Shown in pieces: positions 13,952-27,300 of a stretch of DNA of 50,760 nucleotides (position 1 is the stretch's first letter; each line of letters begins with the position of its first letter). The stretch comes from Priapulus caudatus (taxonomy: Eukaryota). Under the pieces are notes generated by a model, which ran no database searches, was not told the origin of the DNA, and was given only the letters and a program-made list of their open reading frames with translations. The DNA lies in assembly GCF_000485595.1 (NCBI RefSeq), contig NW_014577078.1, forward strand, positions 68,788-119,547, in the 5' to 3' direction. The translations under genes and the position numbers were made by a program.

Positions 13952-15523
13952 GGCCATCCTTAAAAAATTCTATGTTTGCTGTCCTCCAACCCATGATTTT
14001 TTTAGTGGGTAGGTAGGCAGGTCTTTNNNNNNNNNNAGGCCATCCTTATTAAAAATTTCTATGGTTGCTGTCTCCAACCATGATTTTTAGCTCATCTGAC
14101 TTCAGTCGACGCAGCTTTGTAGAACGCCTTGAATGTCCGTCCGTCCGTCGGTCGGTCGTCCGCGGTCGTCTCAACAGTGGGCCACAATATCTTACCACTC
14201 GACGTACGGTCTCGAGTATCGGGTCGTTGGGGGGATCGTCAAACGAGTTGGATGTCAACTAGGCGTGGGGTCAAAGGCAAAGCGGTCAAGAGGGTGTAAA
14301 AAGAATGGTGGGAACATTCACTCCTTAACTGTAGCGTATAGCGAGAAATGGCAGATATGCCCGCGGCACAAATCATAATTGGCTCGACCTAGGGCTCGTG
14401 TAGTGGGTATGCATCATGGTAGGAAAGCCATCATGTGCCGAATTGGAGGTCACAGGTCAAAGGGCAATGCGCAGCACGGGCAGAGTTCTAGAACATTTTC
14501 TGATGGGACATGGGTTGACGGAGCGATTGGAACTTTTTTGTTTCAGCGTTTGACCTATATTTGTTATGGCTTATTGAAAGGGACCATTGGAAATCTGTCT
14601 TTCCACTGACGTGCGAAGAGGTAAGGGTCTGATAACCTTTTGACCCTCAAGAGGGAAGGGTAAAACATGGATGTTGTTGGACTGTCTGTTTAGATAATGA
14701 TTTGGACTGCCAGGGTTTGCTAGGTAGAATCTTTACATGCTCGGTGTATGAGGCTACAATGTACTGTGAAATTCAAAATGCTAAATTTGGTTATAGAAGG
14801 TTATTGCTCCTTTAAATCGTGATAATTTATATGGCATTCTAGTAGTGTCAGTATGTTACACTGTAACGCTATGCCACTGCCGTGAGCTGCTGCCAGTGCA
14901 AGAGTGCATTGTGTGGTGGGCAGTTTGCCTGCGTTGATTGGTGCAGGTGCGCCAGCTCGTCTATTTGCAGCTGTTAGGCTTGCGTAGGTGAATGGATGAG
15001 TGCTTTACCTATTCTGTCTTGCAATAGTGTGTTGCCTACTTAGAATGTGGGAGGCTTCCATCTTTATCTAAGCACTTAAACGTACGCGCCATCTCGTTGG
15101 CAACTATTCTAACGATCCCAACCGAACATTCTTTTGAGAGTTCCTGATACCATCTCTGTGCATTCCACTATTTCGGCGTGTATGTGACACATTTGGACTA
15201 CAGGTTTACTAGAATCCCACCACTCCACACAGCAGTCAACGCATGTATGACGTTAGATGAGTGCTGTGGCCTATTGGGCGCAACTTGGTTTAGTGGGTAG
15301 GTAGGCAGAAAGTCTTTTATTTGTGAGCATAATATAGTTATGTTTAAGGTTGAGTCAGCATGTTTGCTCAATGCTTTTGGTCGGTTCAGTCTGTAAATAT
15401 GAAAAATGTTTTAAAAAAATGAAAAAAATATGGAACCCAAAATGTCAAAAAAAACTTTTGGGTCGCGGCTATTTTCGTGGGTCGGTCGGAGGACAGCAAA
15501 CATATAATTTTTTAAGAATGGCT
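13952..15523. mobile_element. PIF/Harbinger-type MITE (left end assembled twice across a gap) carrying a nested Helentron-type element
   Basis: TAA|GGCCATCCTTAAAAAATTCTATGTTTGCTGTCCTCC ... GGAGGACAGCAAACATATAATTTTTTAAGAATGGCT|TAA. Confidence 0.75.
14086..15290 (+). mobile_element. Helentron-associated non-autonomous element (HINE/DINE-1-like)
   Basis: TTTTAGCTCATCTGA start, (GTCC)n microsatellite, 3' subterminal inverted repeat TTAGATGAG and end CTTGGTT; inserted in a T run without TSD. Homologous to the copies at 22492 and 45024. Confidence 0.7.
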
Positions 15524-15929
15524 TAATCGCTGGGGCTTTGATCTTGCAAACAAACATTGGCAATGTGACAATGTGTAATATTTGTAGGTATAATACTATG
15601 TGTTACTTTTCCTCATTAAAAAAATTACTTAAATACGTCAAAATATGTACTGATGCTATACATGTGATTTTGCTGTAACTAGTTAATTGCCTCTTGTACG
15701 TAGTTGCCTCTTGTACGTAGTAGACATATCGATGTAGTATTACTTACTATACTATTCAGAAACTGGACATTCAAATGTACCACAGTTCTCATTGCAGACA
15801 ATACCACCTTTAATTGTGTGACTGACAAACTGACACGCGATACTATTATATGCATGCCTGCCGCTTGGTGTGCAATGGCAACGTGCACCTACGTAACGTG
15901 GGTCTAAGCTTATATCATGCTGCAGGGGT

Positions 15930-15972
15930 TTGTGCGTGTGTGTGTGTGTGTGTGTGCGTGCGTGCGTGCCGC

Positions 15973-16007
<35 letters not shown>

Positions 16008-16180
16008 CGTGCGTGTGTTGTGTGGGTGGGTGTGTGTGTGTGTGTGGGTGCGCCGTGGGTGCTGCGTGGTGCGTGCGTGCGGCTGTGCGTGCCGTTTTTG
16101 GCGGCGAGATACAGACATACTCAGTGCCGCCGTATCGTGCGCCATGGTGCATCTGCGTGTGTAACGTGTGTGTGCGTGCG

Positions 16181-16259
<79 letters not shown>

Positions 16260-16314
16260 TGTGCGCACATGTGTGCATCTGCGTGTGTAAACGTGTGTGT
16301 GCGTGCGTGCGTGC

Positions 16315-16352
<38 letters not shown>

Positions 16353-16368
16353 CGTGTGTGTTGTGTGC

Positions 16369-16407
<39 letters not shown>

Positions 16408-16420
16408 TGTGTGTGTGTGT
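15930..16420. repeat. (GCGT)n/(GT)n microsatellite tract
   Basis: Read directly from the sequence. Confidence 0.95.
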
Positions 16421-16484
16421 TCGTGCTCGCGGGTATTCAGTTCAGTTCATTTCTTTCATATTGTCTACGTGTGGTTCTAGTGAT

Positions 16485-18812
16485 GCCCCTTTCTGTATAA
16501 AATGGACTCTAGGTTGCAGTGAGCTGGCATACCAAGTCCTGTTTAAATACCCCCAAAAAATCATTCGTGCGTCTGCATATATAGTTTGTGATCTTGTTGC
16601 AGCAGAGTGAAAATGCGTTTGCCTAATATTTACGAACGAGTACACACAACACAAGTACCCACATGTTGCTAGTGCGTACCCCCAGCAGAGGATAAAAGCC
16701 TCATTATGCGCCCAGCTTCTTATTTCTGGGGTGCGAATGAACGAGAAACGGCCACTATTAGCCCACGACTGAAAAGCAGACTGCCTGTCATACAAGGGCA
16801 GCCGACAACTAAGTACTAGTAGTTCGCGCTGTGTGCCATTCAGCCTTCCCGTGGCGATAATAAGCACAATAACAAATCTCTGACAATGTTATCGGCTGTC
16901 GGGACGAAACTGTGATGCTAATGCCTCTATTGCTCAAGCGCCTAAAGATTTCTGCAGGTGAGAAATGCCTACAGCAGATGTGCGTGAACAAATTCCCAGT
17001 TGTGTCTAGCCTCTCTCGGTTGCTTTTCCCTTTACCAATCTAAATAAGAATTGTGAAATGCTGAACTTGACGAGGGAAAGGATGCGAGAAGTAAACGGCC
17101 ATGTGCTATGCTCGTAGCTGCACACTACACACACTACACATGTACTGTAGGAGTTACTACAGATTATATCTTTCCTGCCTGTGAAAATATTCATGGGACA
17201 ACGTTCTCTGAATACGTTATAAATACAGGTTTGTGCTATACACGTGTATATATAATTTTCCCAAAATGGTATTCTACCATTATTGCACTAATATCTTATC
17301 CACCAGCTGTTTTTCCTCTACCTTCTTCAAACAGCTGCGTGTATGCGTTTAGCTATGTTGGTGTTTTGCAACAGTAGGGGACGTCCATAGGCAGCCGTCT
17401 AAACTAGCATGACTCACACACTAATTAGAAATACTTGGAGCATTTCACCTCATACACAACATGTATTATTTATGCTAAATTTCCACAGATTAAATGTCCA
17501 GACTTGAAACTTTCGCCAGCTGCATGGTGCTGGTTTCCAACAAGTTGTCAGATCCTGCTTCACATACAATTACAAACACAGCGGACTGCTCACTATCACT
17601 ATTATATGTCACATGAAAGAATTGCACAGTTTCTCGACAATACCAATCTTACTTTTTATGCTTTCTATACGTTCGTAGGTCATTTACTTTACGTGTGTGA
17701 TGCAGATTAGTGCGCTAGTACTGAATGTATCCGAAAATAAATTGAAGAAAATGACCTTTACAAACATGCAGTAATACAAAGGTGGAAAATTGGCGAAAGG
17801 CTACTGTTTCGTGACCCCTCTAGTGATTTCTGAATGTGGGGAGTGTATTGAGATACATTCGCGAGAAGGAATGTATGACTGTAAGCTCGTAGATGGAATA
17901 CGAGTCATGAATCTTATCGGCGTTAGTTACTCACGGCTCGGTTTGGTCATGACAAGGGTTTTTTTTTATAAAGATATGCAGTGAATAATAACTAACATTC
18001 TTGAGTAACTAACTGAGTACCGGTAACCGGTTAGAATATCTACCTCAGCTAAATTCTGTCGTGGGAATGCAACCTAGTAAAATATAACACCGTAAACTGG
18101 TCATGTAATGCATAATTATGTCTTTTTCATTATCGTGTAAACGCCACGTAAAGTCCCTTTGTGTATAAAATGGTTTCTAGGTTGCAGTGAGCCGGCATAC
18201 CTAGTCCTAGATACCCCACAAAAATCATTCGTGTGTCTGCATATAGTTTGTGATTTTGTAGCAGCAGAGCGAAAATGTATTCGCCTAATATTTACGAACA
18301 AGTACAAATTTGATGGATTCACCAGGCTGGCTTATCCGGTCAGCCTAACCACATGTTGCTAGTGCGTACCCCCAGCAGAGGATAAAAGCCTCATTATGCG
18401 CCCAGCTTCTTATTTCTGGGGTGCGAATGAACGAGAAACGGCCTCTATTAGCCCACGACTGAAAAGCAGACTGCCTGTCGTACAAGGGCAGCCGACAACT
18501 AAGTACTAGTAGTTCGCGCTGTGTGCCATTCAGCCTTCCCGTGGCGATAATAAGCACAATAACAAATCTCTGACAATGTTATCGGCTGTCGGGACGAAAC
18601 TGTGATGCTGATGCCTCTATTGCTCAAGCGCCTAAAGATTTCTGCAGGTGAGAAATGCCTACAGCAGATGTGCGTGAACAAATTCCCAGTTGTGTCTAGC
18701 CTCTCTCGGTTGCTTTTCCCTTTACCAATCTAAATAAGAAATGCTGAACTTTACGAGGGAAAGGATGCGAGAGGTAAACGGCCATGTGCTATGCTCGTAG
18801 CTGCACACTACT
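16485..18812 (+). repeat. ~650-bp direct repeat (about 16485-17130 and 18155-18812)
   Basis: Near-identical over the last ~480 bp and more diverged at the 5' end; the ORF track shows matching peptides for both copies. Confidence 0.9.
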
Positions 18813-18930
18813 ACATACACTTGTCACATGGGTAACTTGCCACTTCGTCTACAACCGTTTCGTCTAATGTTCACCTGGTCTAATATCATTTCGTCTACAC
18901 CCAGTTCGTCTATTACCAGCTAGTCTACTA

Positions 18931-20320
18931 CAGTGTTTGCCACTGAGCAAAAAAAGCTGTAGGCCTGCAGGGCCTATAGCTTCTAAAAGCTGCAGGCCCG
19001 CCAGCAAAGCTGTAGGCCCGCCAATTTTGGAGCAAATTACAGTAATGAAACAGTATATATCATGTTCTTCCTTATGTTTATTAGTCATTATCAATGTCTA
19101 TAATCATAATTCCTCTGTTTTTCCTTCCTCTCGTCGGATGACTGTTTATGCTTCGTTGCCGGGGGCTCACAATTAAGGAAACGCCACATCGTTGTTATAT
19201 GTAGCTCCTTGGTAACTACGACTTTCCACTTTGACAGCAGAAAGACAGACTGGTAGTCTGGTACACAACGGGGACTTCTATGGGGGTCTGGGGACCAGAA
19301 CATTTTTGAAAATTATAAGCTCTGAGAAGCAATCTAGAGCCATTTCAGGGTACTCCAATAGCTTACAACTAGCAACACTTTTTGGTGGAAAAAGAAAAAA
19401 ATTATGTAAAATTTACCTACAGTAAAATTTTGATGGGCACTGGGGAATTCCGTCTGTGTTGAGTGTGTCCGAAGTAAATGTATTTTGTAGACATACAAGC
19501 TCTTACGTAGGGAAGCTTTTATTTAGCTACACCCTGTATAAATGTATATAGTTTTTCCAAACGTTAAAAACAATATGACACGGTTAAACCTGAGTGGTGC
19601 GACGAGGCTGTACTGCTGTTTGCCTGACTATACTAAGTAATACGCCGTGCTTTGCAGATACAGTGACTTAATTATGACATGTGTGTTAAAACTTGAGACA
19701 ATTATTATTATTTACTGTATAATTCAACATGATATATTATCTAAATCTTCTTAATATTATTTTAAAACAGTATACTGATCGTTTGTAATAACGACCAGTG
19801 ATACTTTATTGTTTACATCAAAACGTGAAATGCGCGGGGATGTGAAAATTACTCCACAACCTAGCGCACGTGAACAGTGAGCGTGCTGGACGATACGTGC
19901 ACGTAAATAAACCCTGGCCAACACAATGTAGGGTTCACTACAACTGGCCAAAAGTAAGCTCCACCCACTTCTTATCGATTTTTGGTATGCCAACGCTGCT
20001 ACTGGATGCAGGAACCTGTGCTAACCTGTGCGTCCGAACATCCCACGCACGTTTCTTGAATGCCAACTAAAGTTGATTGCAGTGGGCGAACGCATTGTAT
20101 ACATGTATGTCACAGTTTATCACGGATTAGTTTTCAAATAAATACCCCTGTAAGTTAATATGCATGAACAGATTTCTACAGGTAACAGTTTCTCAGTGTT
20201 TCGAATTTTCGGTGATCAAATAGCTGTAGGATCAGCAGGCCTGTTGTATCAAGAAGCTGTAGGCCCGGCATCGAAACTGTCGGCGGCGGGCCGACGGGCC
20301 GACGTGAATTTCGAACACTG
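18931..20320. mobile_element. hAT-like non-autonomous element(s)
   Basis: CAGTGTT...AACACTG ends with AGCTGTAGG subterminal repeats at both ends; a second CAGTGTTTCGAA start near 20195. Confidence 0.5.
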
Positions 20321-21384
20321 CACACACACCACACTATATATACCATAACCTTTTGAAATTGTGTTAAACTATTAATGTGTTTTCTCACGGGTTTTAATGA
20401 TAATGTAGAGTCGAGATGTACGCTTGTAGGTAGTACTCGTAGATAGACGTAAGAGTTCGTATAAACGGTGAACAACTTGTAGCTTTATTGTAAAACACGG
20501 TTAGCAGTAGCATACGCACATACCAAGTGACGGTCCGGGTCTCTCCCGTTTCTCTAAAACTGCTCTCTTTTAAGCCGTGAACGCGTGTCCGCGTTCCACT
20601 GCCTTTCCTGATTTATGGCCTGGCTAGGGGCTGCAATGACGGCTGGGGCCGGGTGACTTATTGTTTGGGGTTCGATGCCTCCTTGACCAGTTCTCGGACT
20701 GTCATTACGACTCGCTTATAGCTTGCCCGTTTGCCTTCGGCCTTGTTCTAGAGTCGGGCGAGGCCGTTGCCCGGCCGTGAGACCGGCCGTCCCTTCTAAA
20801 TATGTCGGGCGCCTTCTGTCGCCCGTCCCTGTTCTCACGGTACGATATTTCTGCACTACAATAATATAGCTATACTAAATGTAGATTAAAGGTATAATAA
20901 TAAGCATTTAATTAGGTGGAGCCTCCACCTAGCATAGCAAGCCACACTAAACGCACGCATGCACGCACGCACACGCACACACCAAAGACATTGCGGCTGC
21001 GGTGTATAAACAGCCAATCACTGCTGCGCACAGCTGTGAAGCAAAAAATTAAGACAAACCCCAATGAGAGACGGCTTCAGTTGTGTGTATGTGTATGTGT
21101 GTGTGTGTGTGTGTGTGTGCGCGTATGTATGTATGTATGTATGTATGCGTGTGTGTGCGTGTGCATGTGCGTGTGCGTGTATGTGTGTGCGCACCCGTTC
21201 ATGCGCGCGTGTGTGTGATGTGATGTGTGTGCGCGCGTGTGTGCAAATATTTGACAACGGGAGGTGTAACCCTGCCCGCCGCCGTCCACTGACTTTCAAG
21301 AAAATAGATCTTCAAAACTACTCAATGCATTTTGCTTTTTTTTAAGAATTTGATTTNNNNNNNNNNCACTTGTCACATGGGTAA

Positions 21385-22010
21385 CTAACTTGCCACTTCG
21401 TCTACAACCGTTTCGTCTAATGTTCACCTGGTCTAATATCATTTCGTCTACACCCAGTTCGTCTATTACCAGCTAGTCTACTAACCATTTCGTCTATATA
21501 TCATTCCGTCTACGGACCATTTCGTCTATATATCATTCCGTCTACGGACCATTTCGTCTACTAACCATATATGGTCTAATTGCCAATTCGTCTAATGACC
21601 ATCTTGTCTAATGACCATTTCGTATAATAACCATGTAGTCTAATTACCATTTCGTCTAATACTCATCCCATCTAACAACCAACTGGTCTACACCCATTTT
21701 GTCTAATATCCAGTTCGTCTAATACCCACTTCGTCTAATAGCAACTGGTCTCCACCTAATTTGTCAACTGCCCAATTCGTCTACTACCCAACTGGTCTAC
21801 ACCCAATTCGTCTACAACCCAAATTGTCTACAACCATTTCGTCTAATACCCAATTGATCTACACCCATTTCCTCTACTACCCAACTGGTCTACAACCATT
21901 CCTGGGATTTCCATCTACTACCCAACTGGGATACAACCATTTCATCTACTACCCAACTGGTCTACACCCAATTCGTCTACTGCCCATTTCGTCCACTACC
22001 CATCTGGTCT
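21385..22010 (+). repeat. Degenerate tandem array of the CCATTTCGTCTA / CAACTGGTCTA motif (~16-17-bp period)
   Basis: Dozens of GTCTA-cored units; the first ~110 bp also occur at 18817-18928. Confidence 0.85.
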
Positions 22011-22491
22011 ATCAAATACCCACTACTCAAAACACATTTTGCCTAACACGAATTTTGCCTGCATGTAAGCAAAATTTTGTCAACATTTTAATACCCATAT
22101 CCATATGATTTGATAGATGACGCCTTTGGGCAGCTATATATATATGTGTGGTTTATTATTTATTTGGTCTCCCAAACAGAGTTGGGGAACTTCCTCAAAA
22201 TCTCCGCGTACCATCTACATGGGTATGCAAGCCTCAGCTAGCTATTTAAATTCACAACTCCTGCAACGTCATAACCGCACGCTATCCCAGAATGCACTGC
22301 CCCCCCCCCCGATTTCTCGGAACTCAACTATGACTCCAAAAATTTTGGTTCCGTTTTAATGCTCACACGTATTCGATTAAACACATTTAAATCGAGTAAA
22401 CGGTCCCTGGATTTTGTATGTTATTTTAAGTTATGACTCTTTATTTACGATACTGTTGTGTCATAAAAAACATTACAGATTTTCATCCGTG

Positions 22492-23498
22492 TTTTTAGCT
22501 CAGCTGACGAAGTCAGATGCAGCTTGTAGAATCGCATGAATGTCCGTCCGTCCGTCCGTCAACAGTTATTGCACAAATCTTACCGCTCGACGTACGGTCT
22601 TGATATTCGGGATGTCGGGGGAATCGCGAAAAGGACCCGGGATGTCGAATTTGGGGGTCAAGGGTCGAAGGTCAAGATGTGTCAATGGAGGGGGAATATT
22701 TCCCCCTTAACTTAAGGTAAAGGAGGAAATGCGGAATTGCGGCACAAATCTCAACCGCTCGACCTACGCTCTTAATATTCGATGTATAGTGTGATGGGGA
22801 GGAAACCCATCACCAGTGCGAAATTGCAGGTCACAGGTCAAAGGGCAGTGGGGGAAAGGTCAGATATCAGACATTTTCTGAGGACATGGTCTAACGGACC
22901 GAGTGCAAAACTTTTTTGTTTCAGCGCTGACTTACCATTTTTATCACTTTATTGAAAGGACCATGAAATGTACTTTCCGCTGATGTGTGAAAAGTAAGTG
23001 TCTGATAACCTTCTGACCCTCAAGAGGAGGGTTAAACATGGATTTGTTGACTGTTAACAAAGGACTGAACTGCTTTTGCTATTAAAGCCCCCTTCACCCG
23101 CCCCTTCCCCTCACCCTCCCCCCGACCCTTCCCCACCCTCCCCCACCACCACCACAACGCTTGCGCTTGACGCATATCCATGATAACATGTTAATATAGC
23201 GAAGTCATTAAAGTTACACAGCTGTATCTTTATTACTATACTACCGGTATAGCAAAGCCTAGCTATCATAGATTTTAGATCTGTATTAGTAGTATCAGGA
23301 GTAAGATAATATAGGATATATTATCCTATTATATATTATCCTATATTATCTTACTCCTGGTAGTATCCTAGATATTTGCTCTGAGCGCGAACGCGGTGGC
23401 GGGAGGGCGCACTTGATTCGGTTGCCAGTGAGTTTATCAGAAGAATACTAGGCTACAGTGCATTTCAGTTGAGCGCTGTCGCTCTGCGGCCCTTGGTT
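22492..23498 (+). mobile_element. Helentron-associated non-autonomous element (HINE/DINE-1-like)
   Basis: TTTTTAGCTCAGCTGA ... (GTCC)n ... TCAGTTGAGC..CTTGGTT; the first ~560 bp are colinear with the other two copies. Confidence 0.7.
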
Positions 23499-24100
23499 AA
23501 CTAATTTCCTAAAGTGAAAAAATTCCATGGACTGTTTACTAGTTTATACTATGAACAACTTATGGCTAAAAGTTTAGGTCCCAACCCTTTGCTTTGCATG
23601 AAATGTGAAAAAACGCATTTTTTAAATATAAATTTACAATTTTTGCTGTCACGTAATTGGCAATGAAGCTTTTGTGATTATTTTCATCGTGAGCGTGGAG
23701 AGACATCTCTTTTATGAAATAGATATGTGTTTGATCGAATTTTGTGAGAAGTTATGTTGTAATACCTTTTTTTATAGAGGTACCTGTTCGTAATAGTCAG
23801 GTCCCTTAGTGCAAAATATGGGCCGAATCGTTACAGGAGTGACAAAAGTCTCAAACTTGGCACAGCTGTAGCTTATGGCAGTACTATAATTATTAGAGGG
23901 GGTGCCCAATGCAGATATTCCTTAGAAGTGAATTACAGACACATGCACAGTAAATGCGGGCGCGGTAGGGGGGTTCGGAGTCAGGTGGTTCGAACATTTA
24001 ATCATCTGTAATTCACTTACGCGCGCATATATTTGCTAATATATTGACTAATCGTGCGTCAATAAACTCAATATTTACAGAGAGTATAGCTAAGAATTTA

Positions 24101-24132
<32 letters not shown>

Positions 24133-24226
24133 CACACACGCGCACACGCACACACAAACACACACCGTACAGAACCACCACTGCATAAGAGCGAGAAAGA
24201 ACCTCACGTACGATTATTCGTCTGCT

Positions 24227-24325
24227 TGATTGATTCATTGATTCATTGATTGATTCATTGATTCATTGATTGATTCATTGATTCATTGATTGATTCATTG
24301 ATTCATTGATTGATTCATTGATTCG
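24227..24325. repeat. 20-bp tandem repeat TTGATTGATTCATTGATTCA, about 5 copies
   Basis: Read directly from the sequence. Confidence 0.9.
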
Positions 24326-27300
24326 TCTCCTTGATTGGCCTGCTTGAATAGTGCTTTTGTCACGATGCGTTAAATCAAACAGATTGAGAGAATGGATGAA
24401 AAGCGGTGGAGAGAAATGCATGGAGAGTTAGAGTGATGCCGTATGTGGGAGGGTGTTGCTTCTTCACTTTTGCTCTCTCTAAACGGAAGGCGAACGCGAG
24501 GACGCCAGGTGTAACATCGTCAGTGCGCTTTCCTATAACTTACTACAGCTAGTAGTAGTTAGCTATTAGTATATCGCACATCCTCTGGTTTCACTCGACC
24601 GGCTATTGTATTGGTAGTGTAGTTACTAGAACGGCTGCACGCGCCATTCCTCACAGCTTCATGCCGATTCCATTCACTGTGTGAGTTCCGTCCCTGATGA
24701 CGAATTTTGACGAATTGTGGAAAACGGCGAAATAACAGAATAATCAGAGCAAGAAATTTCACGCCCATCCCTGTCGGTTTTTTGCCTGTTCGATTCATGG
24801 GGGACTTGCAGAATTGTGCAGATATAGCTTGCTGGCTGTAGCTGTTGAGGTGAATGCTGTCGACGACTTGTTTATTGATTGGTCTGACAGCACACATGTA
24901 ATCTCCACACACAAAAATTGGTAAGCGGATTGTCGTATCACAAAAACTGCGGCTATGGCAATTTATTGGCTTCTCGTGGATTTGAGATAGCTCTCATTCT
25001 ATATAAACTGTCCTGCCATATCAATCATTTTGAATTCACGCGTCATAGAACTTTTATTGAGTCTCGTTGTTAGCGGTATGTATTGTATCACCGTGCTGAG
25101 TATGGTCAAGTTTCACTTGATCCGTCGTTAAGCCGCCAGCACGTTCACGTAGGATGAGGCATTCTCTGAATATATATATACGTTTTAGCACCTAAGCACA
25201 TACTGCACTAAGTGGTCAGTTATTAGCCCTCGAGATGCAATCGGAAATATGTTGCCTTAAGTGACAATTTATTCGCGATTTGCGGAAAAGCGAGCGTTCG
25301 TGACTGACACAAACTTATATGCTGCATTTGTCTGCCACGACGTTTGACAAAACGGTCGACGGTGGTGATATTCGTGATCGACGTGCCGGCACGAAATGTA
25401 TGGGCCACTGACGCGAAAAGCCGCGTGCACGAGAGTTTCTGTTTTCTGTATCCTGTTAGCGTTGTTGAATCCGTGGCGTGTTTTGTGAGAGAACTGCTTG
25501 CGGGAAGCACGAGGCTGCAGTCAAGTGCGCGGTGGTAGAAACGGTTTTCCTCTCTCTGCCAATCCGCCAGTTGCCAGTTGATCAAAAGAATGCCAATTAA
25601 CCATTGAGCGCGCAAATCTGCAGTCCAATATAAAATAGCTGGGGGTCATTTCTCGGCTGATCAGAGTCGACTTCAAAGCCGCGCCGCATTCGGTCTGCGT
25701 TAGTGAGGCTTTGAGCCCCAGCAGCTCCGCCTCAGTAATTTGCAATCACACACTGTTACATAGAAAACCGCGGTATTAGATTTTCAGGCGACTCGCGGAC
25801 GCTGTGCCATGTATAGTGAGCTTAGACGTGAGAAGAAATATTGTTGACGGCTGGCGCCCCGCGGTAGGGCTGAAGTAGCATTTTTCGTTGTTGAAACGTC
25901 GCTACCATAAGCATTATTGTCATACGTACGTCTTTCAAGATTGATATTGAGATTTCGAGAATTTACGAGATTAGTGTCGTTGAGTAACTCATGGGCGACT
26001 GTTACTGAGCTGTAAAGAGTGTAGCTATGTGCGCAATGATACTAAAATACCTAGCAGCTGTACTTTGCTATGGTAAGCTAAAGGTAGCTATTTGTGCACT
26101 TGTCTGCAAATATTTACATTGGAACGTGCGCTTTCGCCGCACAGAGAAAACTGCATAAGCCAGGTGACATAACGGTAAGTATAGTGATGGATTATATATC
26201 AGGAGCATCGTTTCGTTAGACGAAGCCCTTTCGTGCACCTACCGTGGGCAGCGGACCTCTGTCATTTCGTGTTTCACACTAAACGTGTAGTGAGCGTTTG
26301 TGCGGGTAAACACGAGTTTTGAATTCATCCGCCTCGATGAATGAAGCCATTGGTAGCCAATGAAGCCAAGTGGTAGTTACCATGCAGCCAGCAGTCTGCA
26401 CGACGTGCTTAACATAGGCGGGCGTACCCGGCGCGATGTAACGTGATCAGACAAATGTTAGCTTGCCTTGCAGCTTGGCAATATCCACAGCCTGGCCCTT
26501 CCCCGGCTGTAATCTGTTAAAGCGACGTCGTTTCTGCAGTAAATTAAGCCCGGCTTGTGGTGAAGGGAGCAGGCGACATCTGCCTGCGCGTGATCACAGG
26601 TCGCGTGCTTTCAGGCAGATTGTGAGCTTTATGCTTATACGCACAGTACGGAAATGGTTATATGCATCAGTGGACCAGTGCGCGGGCAGGGAGCATGATG
26701 TGATTCACTTGATAAATTACGAAAACCGTTGTGACTGCGATTTTACACGTTATATTTGAAATTAGTAAGATGGCGTGGGGGAGAGAAGGTAATGATTATA
26801 TATCAGCAGTGAATAATAATAGATTATTATCATTCACTAAATCTATTATTATTCACTCCTGATTATATCAACAACATTCACCATGCTTGCATTAGTGTCA
26901 ATATAATTAAAATAACTGACACTGTCCTATTAGCTATGTCTGATTAGTAGGAATAAAAATTTTGTTTTGAAAGAGAGAGAAAAGAAAGAGAGGGAATGAG
27001 AGGGGAAGGGAAAGAGAGAGCGAGAGGGAGAGAGAGATGGGAGGAGAGGAGAGTAGGGAACAGTGATGTGAAAGGGTTTTGTCCGCTGACTGGTTCCGCC
27101 ATTCATATATTATGCCATCGGAAAGTCAGCGAAGATTACAATAATAAGAGTGTTCTTCGCCTGTTTGTCAGGAGGCAAGAGCATAATATACAAACGCATT
27201 TACTTGTCCCGTATGGTGCTCTGCTAAACGCGCGCATTCTATCTAACGAGTAGTAATCAGTAGTACATATATCAAGAGTAGATAATAACACGTTGTGTTA

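Noticed and set aside
20615..20700. GGTTCGA B-box-like motif suggesting a tRNA or SINE
   Set aside because: No cloverleaf and no convincing A box or tail could be built.
21385..22010. Conserved motif with variable linkers, and ORF 21761-22108
   Set aside because: Linkers are only a few bases and themselves similar, so this is not CRISPR-like; the ORF is a by-product of the repeat.
22500..22522. CTGACGA, a hammerhead core-like sequence
   Set aside because: Part of the 5' hairpin (ctgac-gaa-gtcag) of the Helentron-type element; no stem II followed by GAAA.
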